Notes: generated by a model not told the origin, from the letters alone. Counted from the stretch's first letter, positions 28,924-36,367 are shown. The stretch is DNA of 43,562 bases from a virus (IMGVR_UViG_3300030207_001021:1-43562), one strand, 5' to 3'. Translations and numbers: made by a program.

Positions 28924-28931
28924 CAAAGCTA
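28924..28931 (-). promoter_or_regulatory. Bacteroidota -7 box, probable leaderless promoter
   Basis: TAGCTTTG-CTGT-ATG. Confidence 0.55.
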
Positions 28932-29688
28932 CAAAAAAAAATTTTTTATTTTTTCAAGTGAATGAACGTTATTACGTACATACCCCTACGGGTAGCTGTT
29001 TTATAAACACCCCCCTTGTAGTTTGTAACCCAAATATCCTACAGATATTTTGTGCTACCAGCCGCTCGCTTGCTTCTGTAACCGCAAGCTCTCCCTTACA
29101 ACTGTGTCTGCACAAAATTATTGTGTTCGCTACGCTCACAATCTTTGATGGACACAGGTTGTAGTACTATTGTTATAAATATTTGTGTACGTACAAGTGT
29201 GTGATACACTATTTCACTACGTTATTGTGGTATCTGTATTTTGGTTGTGTTATATTGTATTGTTACGAGTGTAACTATTTAGATGATTTGTGTGGTATGT
29301 CTGTACTACTTACCACTTACCCACCAAAGTTACAAAAAATATTTGACATTGTCAAGTGGTATTGTTATGTTATTTTCAACAGGTATACTATTTGTATGTT
29401 TCGTGTTGTATCACTATCATGTGTATTTTTTTTGTTTTGTTCTATTGTTATATTATGGGATTCTAACAGTAGCCCTGCGAACAACTGTTGCACGAAAGCC
29501 ATCGTGGATAAGGAAAACGGCATTTATTATTTTAGAGAGGACTTCGGTCCTCTTTTTTTTGTTGTTACATATTGTATAACTATAATAGAGTGTTTCGCTG
29601 GGTTGCCAGTATTTAAGCTACAATGCTTGTCTGTTATAGTTATACTTTTTTTTGTTTTGCTATATTGTTTAACTAAAATTATATTACA
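28932..29688. other. Divergent non-coding control region (candidate origin or genome-end region)
   Basis: Coding strand switches here; only implausible Cys/Tyr/Phe-rich ORFs; contains hairpins and repeated motifs. Confidence 0.55.
29536..29560 (+). terminator. Rho-independent terminator
   Basis: AGAGGAC-TTCG-GTCCTCT followed by a T-run. Confidence 0.8.
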
Positions 29689-29997
29689 ATGGATTTATTA
29701 CAGATTATTACAGGTTTACTTTGCGTTGGTACTATTGTTTACTTAGTTTATCAAATCAAAGAATTATATCACGCGTTTCAAGATTCTGATGACTTCAAAG
29801 ATTTTCTTGCAAACAATGAATATCATAAAGAAAGATTACTTAAAAAATGTCACGAACTTACTGATAGAAATAGTAAACTAATAAAAGAAAATCAAAAACT
29901 TAAAGATGAAAATCGTAAACTTAAAGAAAAATTAACAGAAGCTTACGACCAATTAACAGACGCTTACGAACAATTTATGACAGACGGACATGCGTAA
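29689..29997 (+). CDS. Membrane-anchored coiled-coil protein
   Basis: N-terminal hydrophobic helix followed by heptad repeats (LIKENQKLKDENRKLKEKL). Confidence 0.7.
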   Translation: MDLLQIITGLLCVGTIVYLVYQIKELYHAFQDSDDFKDFLANNEYHKERLLKKCHELTDRNSKLIKENQKLKDENRKLKEKLTEAYDQLTDAYEQFMTDGHA

Positions 29998-30003
29998 TAT
30001 ACT

Positions 30004-30030
30004 AAAGGGTACATATAGTGTGCCCTTTTT
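30004..30030 (+). terminator. Rho-independent terminator
   Basis: AAAGGGTACA-TATAG-TGTGCCCTTT followed by T's. Confidence 0.75.
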
Positions 30031-30258
30031 CTTTGTTCACTATCATGCATATACGCAGTACTATTATTGTTTTTTTGTTTTGGCTTGTTGTGACTTTGGT
30101 TGTCGGGGGTAGTGCTATACTTACATTCTCACGGTTTTGGTGTTCGTACTTTGATACAGACCCAGCATATGTGCAGAGCCCCCAATCAAATCATCAAAAG
30201 GTAAACGATATATCACCTCAGTATTAGAAAGTATATATCTAAATTAAATTATATTATC

Positions 30259-30819
30259 GTGGAAACACTAAAAAATCTTACTAAATCTTTATCTAATGTT
30301 ACAGATGAATTATCAATCAATTACTTAGATAAATCACCAGGTGTCAAAAAGGGCACATTGTTATCTGTTCAACCTTCTTTCAAATATGTAATGAAAGGTG
30401 GCGAAGCAGCTAAACCATTTACGGCAGAGGATATTACACTTATTCAAAGACGTAAAATCAACAATGAATGGCAAGACGTTGAGTTAGATTGCTTCGCAAT
30501 CAACATCAAAGCAGAAAAACAGAATGACAACAGACTTACATATTACACAATGTTATTTAGAAACATGACTTCTCAAGACTTTGTGAACGAAATCAACGAG
30601 TCTGCATCTTCAGGTACTGCATTAGTCAAAGCTAAACCATTGTATTCTATCATTATAAATAACAAAATGACTATCTCAAATTTCTTTCAAGAGTTATCAA
30701 AAGGCAAATCAATTACATTTGCACAATACAAAAGAGATAACGGACAAATTAATTTTGTAGACGCTAATTATTATAATGATAAAATTGCTCCTAAAACATC
30801 TGAAGAATTACCTGCGTAA
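30259..30819 (+). CDS. Hypothetical early protein (GTG start)
   Basis: 186-aa ORF with an AT-rich leader and normal protein composition. Confidence 0.7.
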   Translation: METLKNLTKSLSNVTDELSINYLDKSPGVKKGTLLSVQPSFKYVMKGGEAAKPFTAEDITLIQRRKINNEWQDVELDCFAINIKAEKQNDNRLTYYTMLFRNMTSQDFVNEINESASSGTALVKAKPLYSIIINNKMTISNFFQELSKGKSITFAQYKRDNGQINFVDANYYNDKIAPKTSEELPA

Positions 30820-30908
30820 TGAATCGAGATGATATTTATGGGGCTGTATTTATTAGTATTGTACTTGCGTTCTACGCAGGACTAGTAATTACTTTATTTA
30901 CTATTTAG
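30819..30908 (+). CDS. 29-aa single-pass membrane peptide
   Basis: TAATG overlap; MNRDDIYGAVFISIVLAFYAGLVITLFTI*; directly followed by a terminator. Confidence 0.55.
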   Translation: MNRDDIYGAVFISIVLAFYAGLVITLFTI

Positions 30909-30914
30909 TTTAAC

Positions 30915-30959
30915 AATAAGGGGAACTTCTATTAATTTAGTTGTTCCCTTTATTTTTTT
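30915..30959 (+). terminator. Rho-independent terminator
   Basis: AATAAGGGGAAC...GTTCCCTTTATT followed by a T-run. Confidence 0.7.
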
Positions 30960-31115
30960 ATATGGTGTTCACTTCGTTCACGTTTGTTTCACGGGGTGCT
31001 ACCCTCGCGGGGCGTTCACTATCATCATGCGCGGTAGCGATTACTCTCAAAATGCACGGTAGTTTCTTTTTTTGTTTTGCTTTTTGGTTTCGTTTTGTTT
31101 AACTAAATTTATGCT

Positions 31116-31313
31116 ATGAAAGAAATATACGCTATAATACAATCTACTGACAACAATAGTCACAGTAAAGAACAATTAGTTGACAACACGCTTTATGAAA
31201 ACTTTAGTGAAGCGTTAGAACAACTTGAACTAATATATGATACAGTTGATATGGAAGAGAATGATGACTATATACAAATATCATACCACATAGCTACATA
31301 TAATTTAGTTTAA
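31116..31313 (+). CDS. Small acidic hypothetical protein
   Basis: 65 aa, D/E-rich; leader resembles that of 29689. Confidence 0.65.
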   Translation: MKEIYAIIQSTDNNSHSKEQLVDNTLYENFSEALEQLELIYDTVDMEENDDYIQISYHIATYNLV

Positions 31314-31315
31314 CA

Positions 31316-31720
31316 ACAGGGTGGACTTTACCGTAAGGTGGTCAAGGCATGATTGAAGCCTATCATACACCCTGTAACTTACACAGGGTCGCCTTAGCCG
31401 TAAGGTCTGGCAAAAAATGTTATTGTTTCAGATTTTCATTCAATAGCATTAACTGTAAACAGGCCCTGTAACTTATAAAGAAAGCATTACCTCTTAGCGA
31501 TAAATAGTATCACCTCAAAGATTCTTGCGAGTCCGTTAAAATTGATTTTTCATTGATACTACGCCGTAATAGAGGTATGCCTTCTTTTACCTTATAAGAT
31601 AAGACTATTAGGCTACAGATTAAAATGTTGTTTACCGTGAATTGCTTAGACTATTCATTAAAATCGGAACTGACCAGAACAACACAAATATCTGTAGCCA
31701 ATGTCTTATTATTTTTTTTT
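31316..31720 (+). ncRNA. Array of four tandem structured RNA elements ending in a U-tract
   Basis: Closing stems: 31316-23/31368-75, 31383-90/31462-69, 31477-94/31571-87, 31599-620/31690-709. Internal hairpins, G-U pairs favouring the + strand, no ORF. Confidence 0.7.
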
Positions 31721-31746
31721 ACTAATTACTAATTAATACTTATAAC

Positions 31747-32085
31747 ATGAAAAAATTACTTAATTCTATTAATTTATTGGTAGCTGATTATCTTTCAGGT
31801 AAAGATAAAGTTATCATACCTAAATCAGAACTTACTTTGTTTGTTAAACAATGTGAAGATGATTTAAATGCTTTAAAATATGAAATTCAACACATATCCG
31901 TAGACGGTAGTTCTATTAGTGGCATGATACAAGACGCAGTTGCAGACGCTATAGATTTTCGAAGTGATGACTTTGAACAGTATATAGAGGGCTGTGGTTC
32001 TTGTGATGAAATGGTCTTAGATTTAAAATCAAGATTAGATAAGTTTAAAACTAAAAACAATTTACATGAAAATACTAGTAAATAA
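31747..32085 (+). CDS. Hypothetical protein
   Basis: 112-aa ORF with ATG AAA AAA TTA start. Confidence 0.65.
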   Translation: MKKLLNSINLLVADYLSGKDKVIIPKSELTLFVKQCEDDLNALKYEIQHISVDGSSISGMIQDAVADAIDFRSDDFEQYIEGCGSCDEMVLDLKSRLDKFKTKNNLHENTSK

Positions 32086-32305
32086 TCAAGAAGTTGACAT
32101 AGCTACATTGTCTTTGGAAGAAGTACATAACTGGGACTTTCCAGAATTTTCTGATGCGTTTGTTTCATCAGGTAAGTTTAAAAATGGTAAACCACTGAAC
32201 GGCAGTGACTTACAAGAATTAGAAAAAACTTATCCTGACCTTATAAATCAATTAGCAATAGAAAATTATTGGAATGGATACTCTGATAAATACCATAAAA
32301 ATTAA
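32066..32305 (+). CDS. Hypothetical phage protein
   Basis: 79 aa; D(F/Y)P.F.DA.......G..L...L pattern seen in small phage proteins. Confidence 0.65.
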   Translation: MKILVNNQEVDIATLSLEEVHNWDFPEFSDAFVSSGKFKNGKPLNGSDLQELEKTYPDLINQLAIENYWNGYSDKYHKN

Positions 32306-32307
32306 AT

Positions 32308-32382
32308 ATGAATAAATACGTAGAAAATGGATACATAATAGTAATAATATTTGTTACACTTGTTATGATATCTGGATGTTAA
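32308..32382 (+). CDS. 24-aa hydrophobic micropeptide ending in a lipobox-like ISGC
   Basis: MNKYVENGYIIVIIFVTLVMISGC*; starts 2 nt after the previous stop. Confidence 0.45.
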   Translation: MNKYVENGYIIVIIFVTLVMISGC

Positions 32383-32397
32383 AATAAATATAAAATT

Positions 32398-32574
32398 ATG
32401 AAAAAATTAATTATGACTCAAAAGGGTTTATCTTCTTCTGTTGTAGAATTAAGTACAAAAGAATTAAAATATATTATAGGACTTATTGAAACTGATTTAG
32501 AATATCCGTATGATACTAAAACATTTTTGGTTTTCAATCTTTTATATAAGAAGTTATTAAAATTAAATAAATAA
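32398..32574 (+). CDS. Small hypothetical protein (58 aa)
   Basis: MKKLIMTQKGLSSSVVELSTKELKYIIGLIETDLEY...; A-rich leader. Confidence 0.55.
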   Translation: MKKLIMTQKGLSSSVVELSTKELKYIIGLIETDLEYPYDTKTFLVFNLLYKKLLKLNK

Positions 32575-32578
32575 AATT

Positions 32579-32686
32579 ATGGAAAAATTAAAGAAAGATA
32601 TAAAAAATCAATTAGAAGAATTTAATTTAGGAGGTATTGATGTGTGGGAATTAATTAAAAGAATAGAATTAATAATAAACAAATAA
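32579..32686 (+). CDS. Small hypothetical protein (35 aa)
   Basis: MEKLKKDIKNQLEEFNLGGIDVWELIKRIELIINK*; tightly packed between neighbours. Confidence 0.5.
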   Translation: MEKLKKDIKNQLEEFNLGGIDVWELIKRIELIINK

Positions 32687-32689
32687 AAC

Positions 32690-33226
32690 ATGGAAAAATT
32701 AAAAACAGGAATAATGTCTTATGCATTAAAAGAAATATTAAACCATCCAAGTCAGTTACTTGAAGATAATATTAATCAAAAAGATGTCCAAGAAGCTATT
32801 TATCAATTAGAAGATATGTTTAATGGCAAAGCTTTCCTTAAAAGCAAATCTAAAAATAATAAATATGTAGACAATAATGTACATATTCGTCTTAGAGACA
32901 TAGTAGATTTAATTAAGATGAAGCTAAGGTTAGCAGAGTTTTTTGATTATAATTCTGAACCAATAGTGATTTTGCATAGTAAATCAGGACAAAAAATTAA
33001 CACAAAAGTGTCAATTAATTACCCTTCACCATATGAAGACAATAGTCTTGATAAACAAAGAACTTATGCTTGTTCATATCTTGTTATCTCTTTGATTAAA
33101 ATGTTACTTCCGTATGTTAGTAAAGCAGATTTTGTTGATACTAAAGAATATTTTGAAATGGAAATAAAACGTAGAAATCAATTGGAATTGAAAAAAGAAG
33201 AATTGATAAACGAAGCTGAAGTATGA
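32690..33226 (+). CDS. Hypothetical protein
   Basis: 178-aa ORF directly upstream of the amidotransferase. Confidence 0.65.
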   Translation: MEKLKTGIMSYALKEILNHPSQLLEDNINQKDVQEAIYQLEDMFNGKAFLKSKSKNNKYVDNNVHIRLRDIVDLIKMKLRLAEFFDYNSEPIVILHSKSGQKINTKVSINYPSPYEDNSLDKQRTYACSYLVISLIKMLLPYVSKADFVDTKEYFEMEIKRRNQLELKKEELINEAEV

Positions 33227-33306
33227 TATTAGATGAGTTTGGACCAGGGGGCGTACCTTATGACGCAATTAATGATTATTATTTAACACTTAAAAACGAA
33301 AAAAAA

Positions 33307-34221
33307 ATGTGTGGATTAGTTGGATTTAGTGGTAAAGCTGATACAAGTATATTTAAGGCTTTACATTTACTAGCAGATAACGACGACAGAGGTGGACACT
33401 CTACAGGGTTATATGCAAACAATAAAATATACAAGACAACAGATGAGTCTTTAAACATTCTGCCTATGCTTGATACTAATGTAACAGGCAGTGTTCTAAT
33501 TGGACACACAAGATTCGCCACACATGGTGAACATACTGTAGAAAATGCACATCCTTTTCAATACAAAAACATTATAGGTGCACACAATGGTGTACTAAAC
33601 AATTACAAAGAAGTAGGTGAAAAGTTTGGCATTAAACCAACTACAGTAGACTCTCAAATGATATTTAAATTATTAGCACAAGAAAAAAATGATAAACATC
33701 TAGGCCTTTTTGGAGGTGCAAAGAATGTTATATACACAAAAGGTGATAATAGATTATATGTATATCGTAGAGATAATCCATTGTATGGTGTAGAAACAGA
33801 AGATGGATACTACTTTAGTTCTTTGGAAGAAGGTCTAAAGAATATAGCAGGCAAGAACATAGTAAAAGAAGTTCCTCAGAACAAACTTTACATACTTGAA
33901 AATGGTAAGCTAATCAAAACTATTAAGATTAAGCACAAGCCAGTTCCTGCTAAATCTACTGTTAACACAGATTGGAGAAGCTATGGTAGTTATTCTAATA
34001 AAGATTGGGGTTATTTGGGTGAAATAGATAAAGATGATTATTCTTTTAATGACTACAAACATAATGAATATCAGGAGTTTGAAAAAATGCAAGATTATGC
34101 ATCATTTATTTATGAACTATACAGCGAAGCTCACAAAAGAGGTTTTACAGAAGAAGAATCTGAAAAGCTTCTTGATTTGTATAACCAATTAAACCAATTC
34201 TCTTATGACTACTATTACTAA
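33307..34221 (+). CDS. Class II (Ntn) glutamine amidotransferase
   Basis: MCGLVG start, RG.HSTG, IGHTRFATHG, NAHPF, HNGVL.N and VDS motifs. An in-frame upstream ATG exists at 33223. Confidence 0.9.
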   Translation: MCGLVGFSGKADTSIFKALHLLADNDDRGGHSTGLYANNKIYKTTDESLNILPMLDTNVTGSVLIGHTRFATHGEHTVENAHPFQYKNIIGAHNGVLNNYKEVGEKFGIKPTTVDSQMIFKLLAQEKNDKHLGLFGGAKNVIYTKGDNRLYVYRRDNPLYGVETEDGYYFSSLEEGLKNIAGKNIVKEVPQNKLYILENGKLIKTIKIKHKPVPAKSTVNTDWRSYGSYSNKDWGYLGEIDKDDYSFNDYKHNEYQEFEKMQDYASFIYELYSEAHKRGFTEEESEKLLDLYNQLNQFSYDYYY

Positions 34222-35530
34222 AGTTTGTGAAGAAAGCGGAGGAAGATTTGATGTTAATGAAATGTATCAATTGCATGATGGTAATTATGTACATCCAGAC
34301 TATATAGATGATTATGTTAATATTGACGGAGGTGATATATATATCCATGAGGACGACGCTACAGTATGTGAGTGTAATGGGTTATGGTATCCTAGAGAAA
34401 ATCTTGCAGATTATTATATACAATGGGACCATTGGTCTGAAGTATATAGGTTTGAAGACAACATGTGTTATGGTTGGGTAAGCTCATCTAATGAAGGTTG
34501 GTTTCATAACGAATGTGACTATGCTTATTCAGAAAATAGAGATGAATACTATATGTCTTCTGATATTGCAAGAGATTGTGATATGGATTATTGTGAAAGC
34601 TCAGACGATTGGTTACATGTAGATGACATGCCAAATGGAGAAGAATGGGAAAATCAATTTAGAGTTCCCAGTCTTAAAGAATCTAATACTTTTGACTTGA
34701 CACATGGAATGAAGTATACATTCGGTGTAGAAATAGAAACATGTGACAGTAGTTTAGATTGGTCTGACTTGTCATTAGCTGCAGTTCACGATGGTAGTAT
34801 CAACGGCATGGAGTTTGTCACAGGTGTTCTTCAGGGCGATAAGGGTTTGGATATGTTATCACAGATTTGTACAGAACTAAATGATAATCATTGTTATGTA
34901 GATAAATCTTGTGGACTGCATGTTCATATTGGTGGAGCTACTTTTAACAGGAAGTTTTCTATCCTAGCCATTATGCTAGGCCAAATGCTTCAAGATGAAA
35001 TATATACAATGCTACCACCATCGAGGCTAACAGGTTCCTATTGTTACAAAATCAAAGACAAATACAAAGACATAAAATATGTAAGTAAAAAACTATATCC
35101 TAGAACATACTCTAGGCAACTTAAGTTACTAGCAGAATATGTCAATGTGGATAGTTCAGAATTTGATTCAGCAAACAATAAGAATACGCCACATCCTTAT
35201 GGTAGATATCATAGTTCAAGATATACATGGTTAAATCTTAACAATTGTAGTTACAAATATTCACCTGATACTGTAGAGTTTAGGTGTCATAGTGGTACTA
35301 CAAGTTATATTAAAATGTATAATTGGATTTTGATATGTATGTGCTTTGTTAGGTATATAGAAAACCATCCAAGAGACATTGTGGAATCTTTTAAACATTA
35401 TGTTAGCAAATATCCTGAGCCTTGTATACTATTGCGTGATATAGTATCTACAGGGATTCAAGATACTGATAAAGCTATAGAGCTTTTAGGGTACATAGAT
35501 AAAAGAAAAGATAAGTTTACACAAAGTTAA
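34205..35530 (+). CDS. Putative amidoligase (COOH-NH2 ligase, glutamine-synthetase/GCS fold) with acidic Cys/aromatic N-terminal repeats
   Basis: FGVEIE, DGSI..MEFVT, SCGLHVHIG, RY..LN and TVEFR..SGT motifs. Confidence 0.85.
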   Translation: MTTITKVCEESGGRFDVNEMYQLHDGNYVHPDYIDDYVNIDGGDIYIHEDDATVCECNGLWYPRENLADYYIQWDHWSEVYRFEDNMCYGWVSSSNEGWFHNECDYAYSENRDEYYMSSDIARDCDMDYCESSDDWLHVDDMPNGEEWENQFRVPSLKESNTFDLTHGMKYTFGVEIETCDSSLDWSDLSLAAVHDGSINGMEFVTGVLQGDKGLDMLSQICTELNDNHCYVDKSCGLHVHIGGATFNRKFSILAIMLGQMLQDEIYTMLPPSRLTGSYCYKIKDKYKDIKYVSKKLYPRTYSRQLKLLAEYVNVDSSEFDSANNKNTPHPYGRYHSSRYTWLNLNNCSYKYSPDTVEFRCHSGTTSYIKMYNWILICMCFVRYIENHPRDIVESFKHYVSKYPEPCILLRDIVSTGIQDTDKAIELLGYIDKRKDKFTQS

Positions 35531-35545
35531 TCGCTACTCATTAAC

Positions 35546-35749
35546 AGAAAGGTGTGTGGTAATAGTTATTAATTATTCTCCGTAACTATGCCCGTGATTG
35601 AACCATGCACCTTTCTTAATATTAAGAGGTTTACCAATAATTACCAGGACAATGACATGTAGTTATTAGGATAATACAAAACTTTAGTTAATAAAGTTTC
35701 TTCTAGACGCTGTTAATCCTGGTCCCTCTTAATGTTAATAACTTTTTTT
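35546..35749 (+). ncRNA. Two tandem structured RNA elements ending in a U-tract
   Basis: AGAAAGGTGTGTGGT (35546-60) / ACCATGCACCTTTCT (35602-16); TAATATTAAGAGG (35617-29) / CCTCTTAATGTTA (35725-37), with inner ACCAGGA/TCCTGGT. Confidence 0.65.
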
Positions 35750-35778
35750 GACTATTAACAATTATTAAATTAAATTTG
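35747..35778 (+). promoter_or_regulatory. Bacteroidota housekeeping promoter for the replication genes
   Basis: TTTG (35747-50) - 20 nt - TAAATTTG (35771-78); canonical -33/-7 spacing. Confidence 0.65.
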
Positions 35779-35787
35779 AAAAAAATT

Positions 35788-36054
35788 ATGAAAAAATTAA
35801 CACAAAGAAGAATAAAAGAAATACTAACTGATTTTTGTAGTAAATGGTTTTATAATCCTGTATTTGATGAGGGGTTTATGGAAACAACCTTTGGTTGTGA
35901 AGATGAATGGGAAGATGATAATTCTAATAGAATGAAAAAAAGTTTAATAGAAAATTATCTTCTTTGGTATGGTTATGATTATGTTTTACAAGATGATGAT
36001 ACCGCACCATTGCAAGAAGAATTAATAAATAAATACTTAAGTACTTATGGATAA
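35788..36054 (+). CDS. Small acidic hypothetical protein
   Basis: ATG at 35788 (MKKLTQRR) preferred over the TTG, which lies inside the promoter box. Confidence 0.6.
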   Translation: MKKLTQRRIKEILTDFCSKWFYNPVFDEGFMETTFGCEDEWEDDNSNRMKKSLIENYLLWYGYDYVLQDDDTAPLQEELINKYLSTYG

Positions 36055-36367
36055 ACTACAAAAACAATTATGGTTCGATACTTTTTGGAAAGAGTATCCT
36101 AAAAAGGTAGGTAAAAAACAATGCAAGACATACTGGTCTAAACTAAAGATGTCAGCAGAGTTGTTCACTATCATCATGGACAGTTTGGTTAGTCAGAACG
36201 TCCTGCGTGCAAAATATGCACAGAACAATACGTGGTACCCTAATCCGCCTGACCCTATACGTTGGCTTAAATACGAACGTTGGGAGGATGAGCTGCCGCC
36301 TATTGACATCAAAGAAGTTAAACAGGTTTATACTAAACCACAATACAAAGACTACGATGAAAGATAA
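36047..36367 (+). CDS. Replication initiator C-terminal-like domain (possible helicase partner)
   Basis: FDTFWKEYPKKVGK..C...W.KL and P.P..WL...RWEDE motifs of phage replisome organisers; near dnaB. Confidence 0.7.
   Translation: MDKLQKQLWFDTFWKEYPKKVGKKQCKTYWSKLKMSAELFTIIMDSLVSQNVLRAKYAQNNTWYPNPPDPIRWLKYERWEDELPPIDIKEVKQVYTKPQYKDYDER

Noticed and set aside
28958-29746. ORFs 28958..29164, 29183..29746 and 29283..29579
   Set aside because: Composition (Cys/Tyr/Phe/Val) reflects TG-rich non-coding DNA; two of them cross a strong terminator.
30018-30227. 69-aa hydrophobic ORF
   Set aside because: Starts inside a terminator and spans the repeated intergenic motifs; a shorter peptide cannot be excluded but is unsupported.
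31345-31366. AGGC/GCCT plus ATGAT/ATCAT pseudoknot in unit 1
   Set aside because: It would need two zero-length loops; more likely these are alternative pairings.
31316-31475. CRISPR mini-array, tRNA or known ribozyme reading of units 1-2
   Set aside because: Only two homologous units with structured interiors; no cloverleaf or T-loop; no hammerhead CUGAnGA/GAAA core; I could not build an HDV/theta nested pseudoknot by eye.
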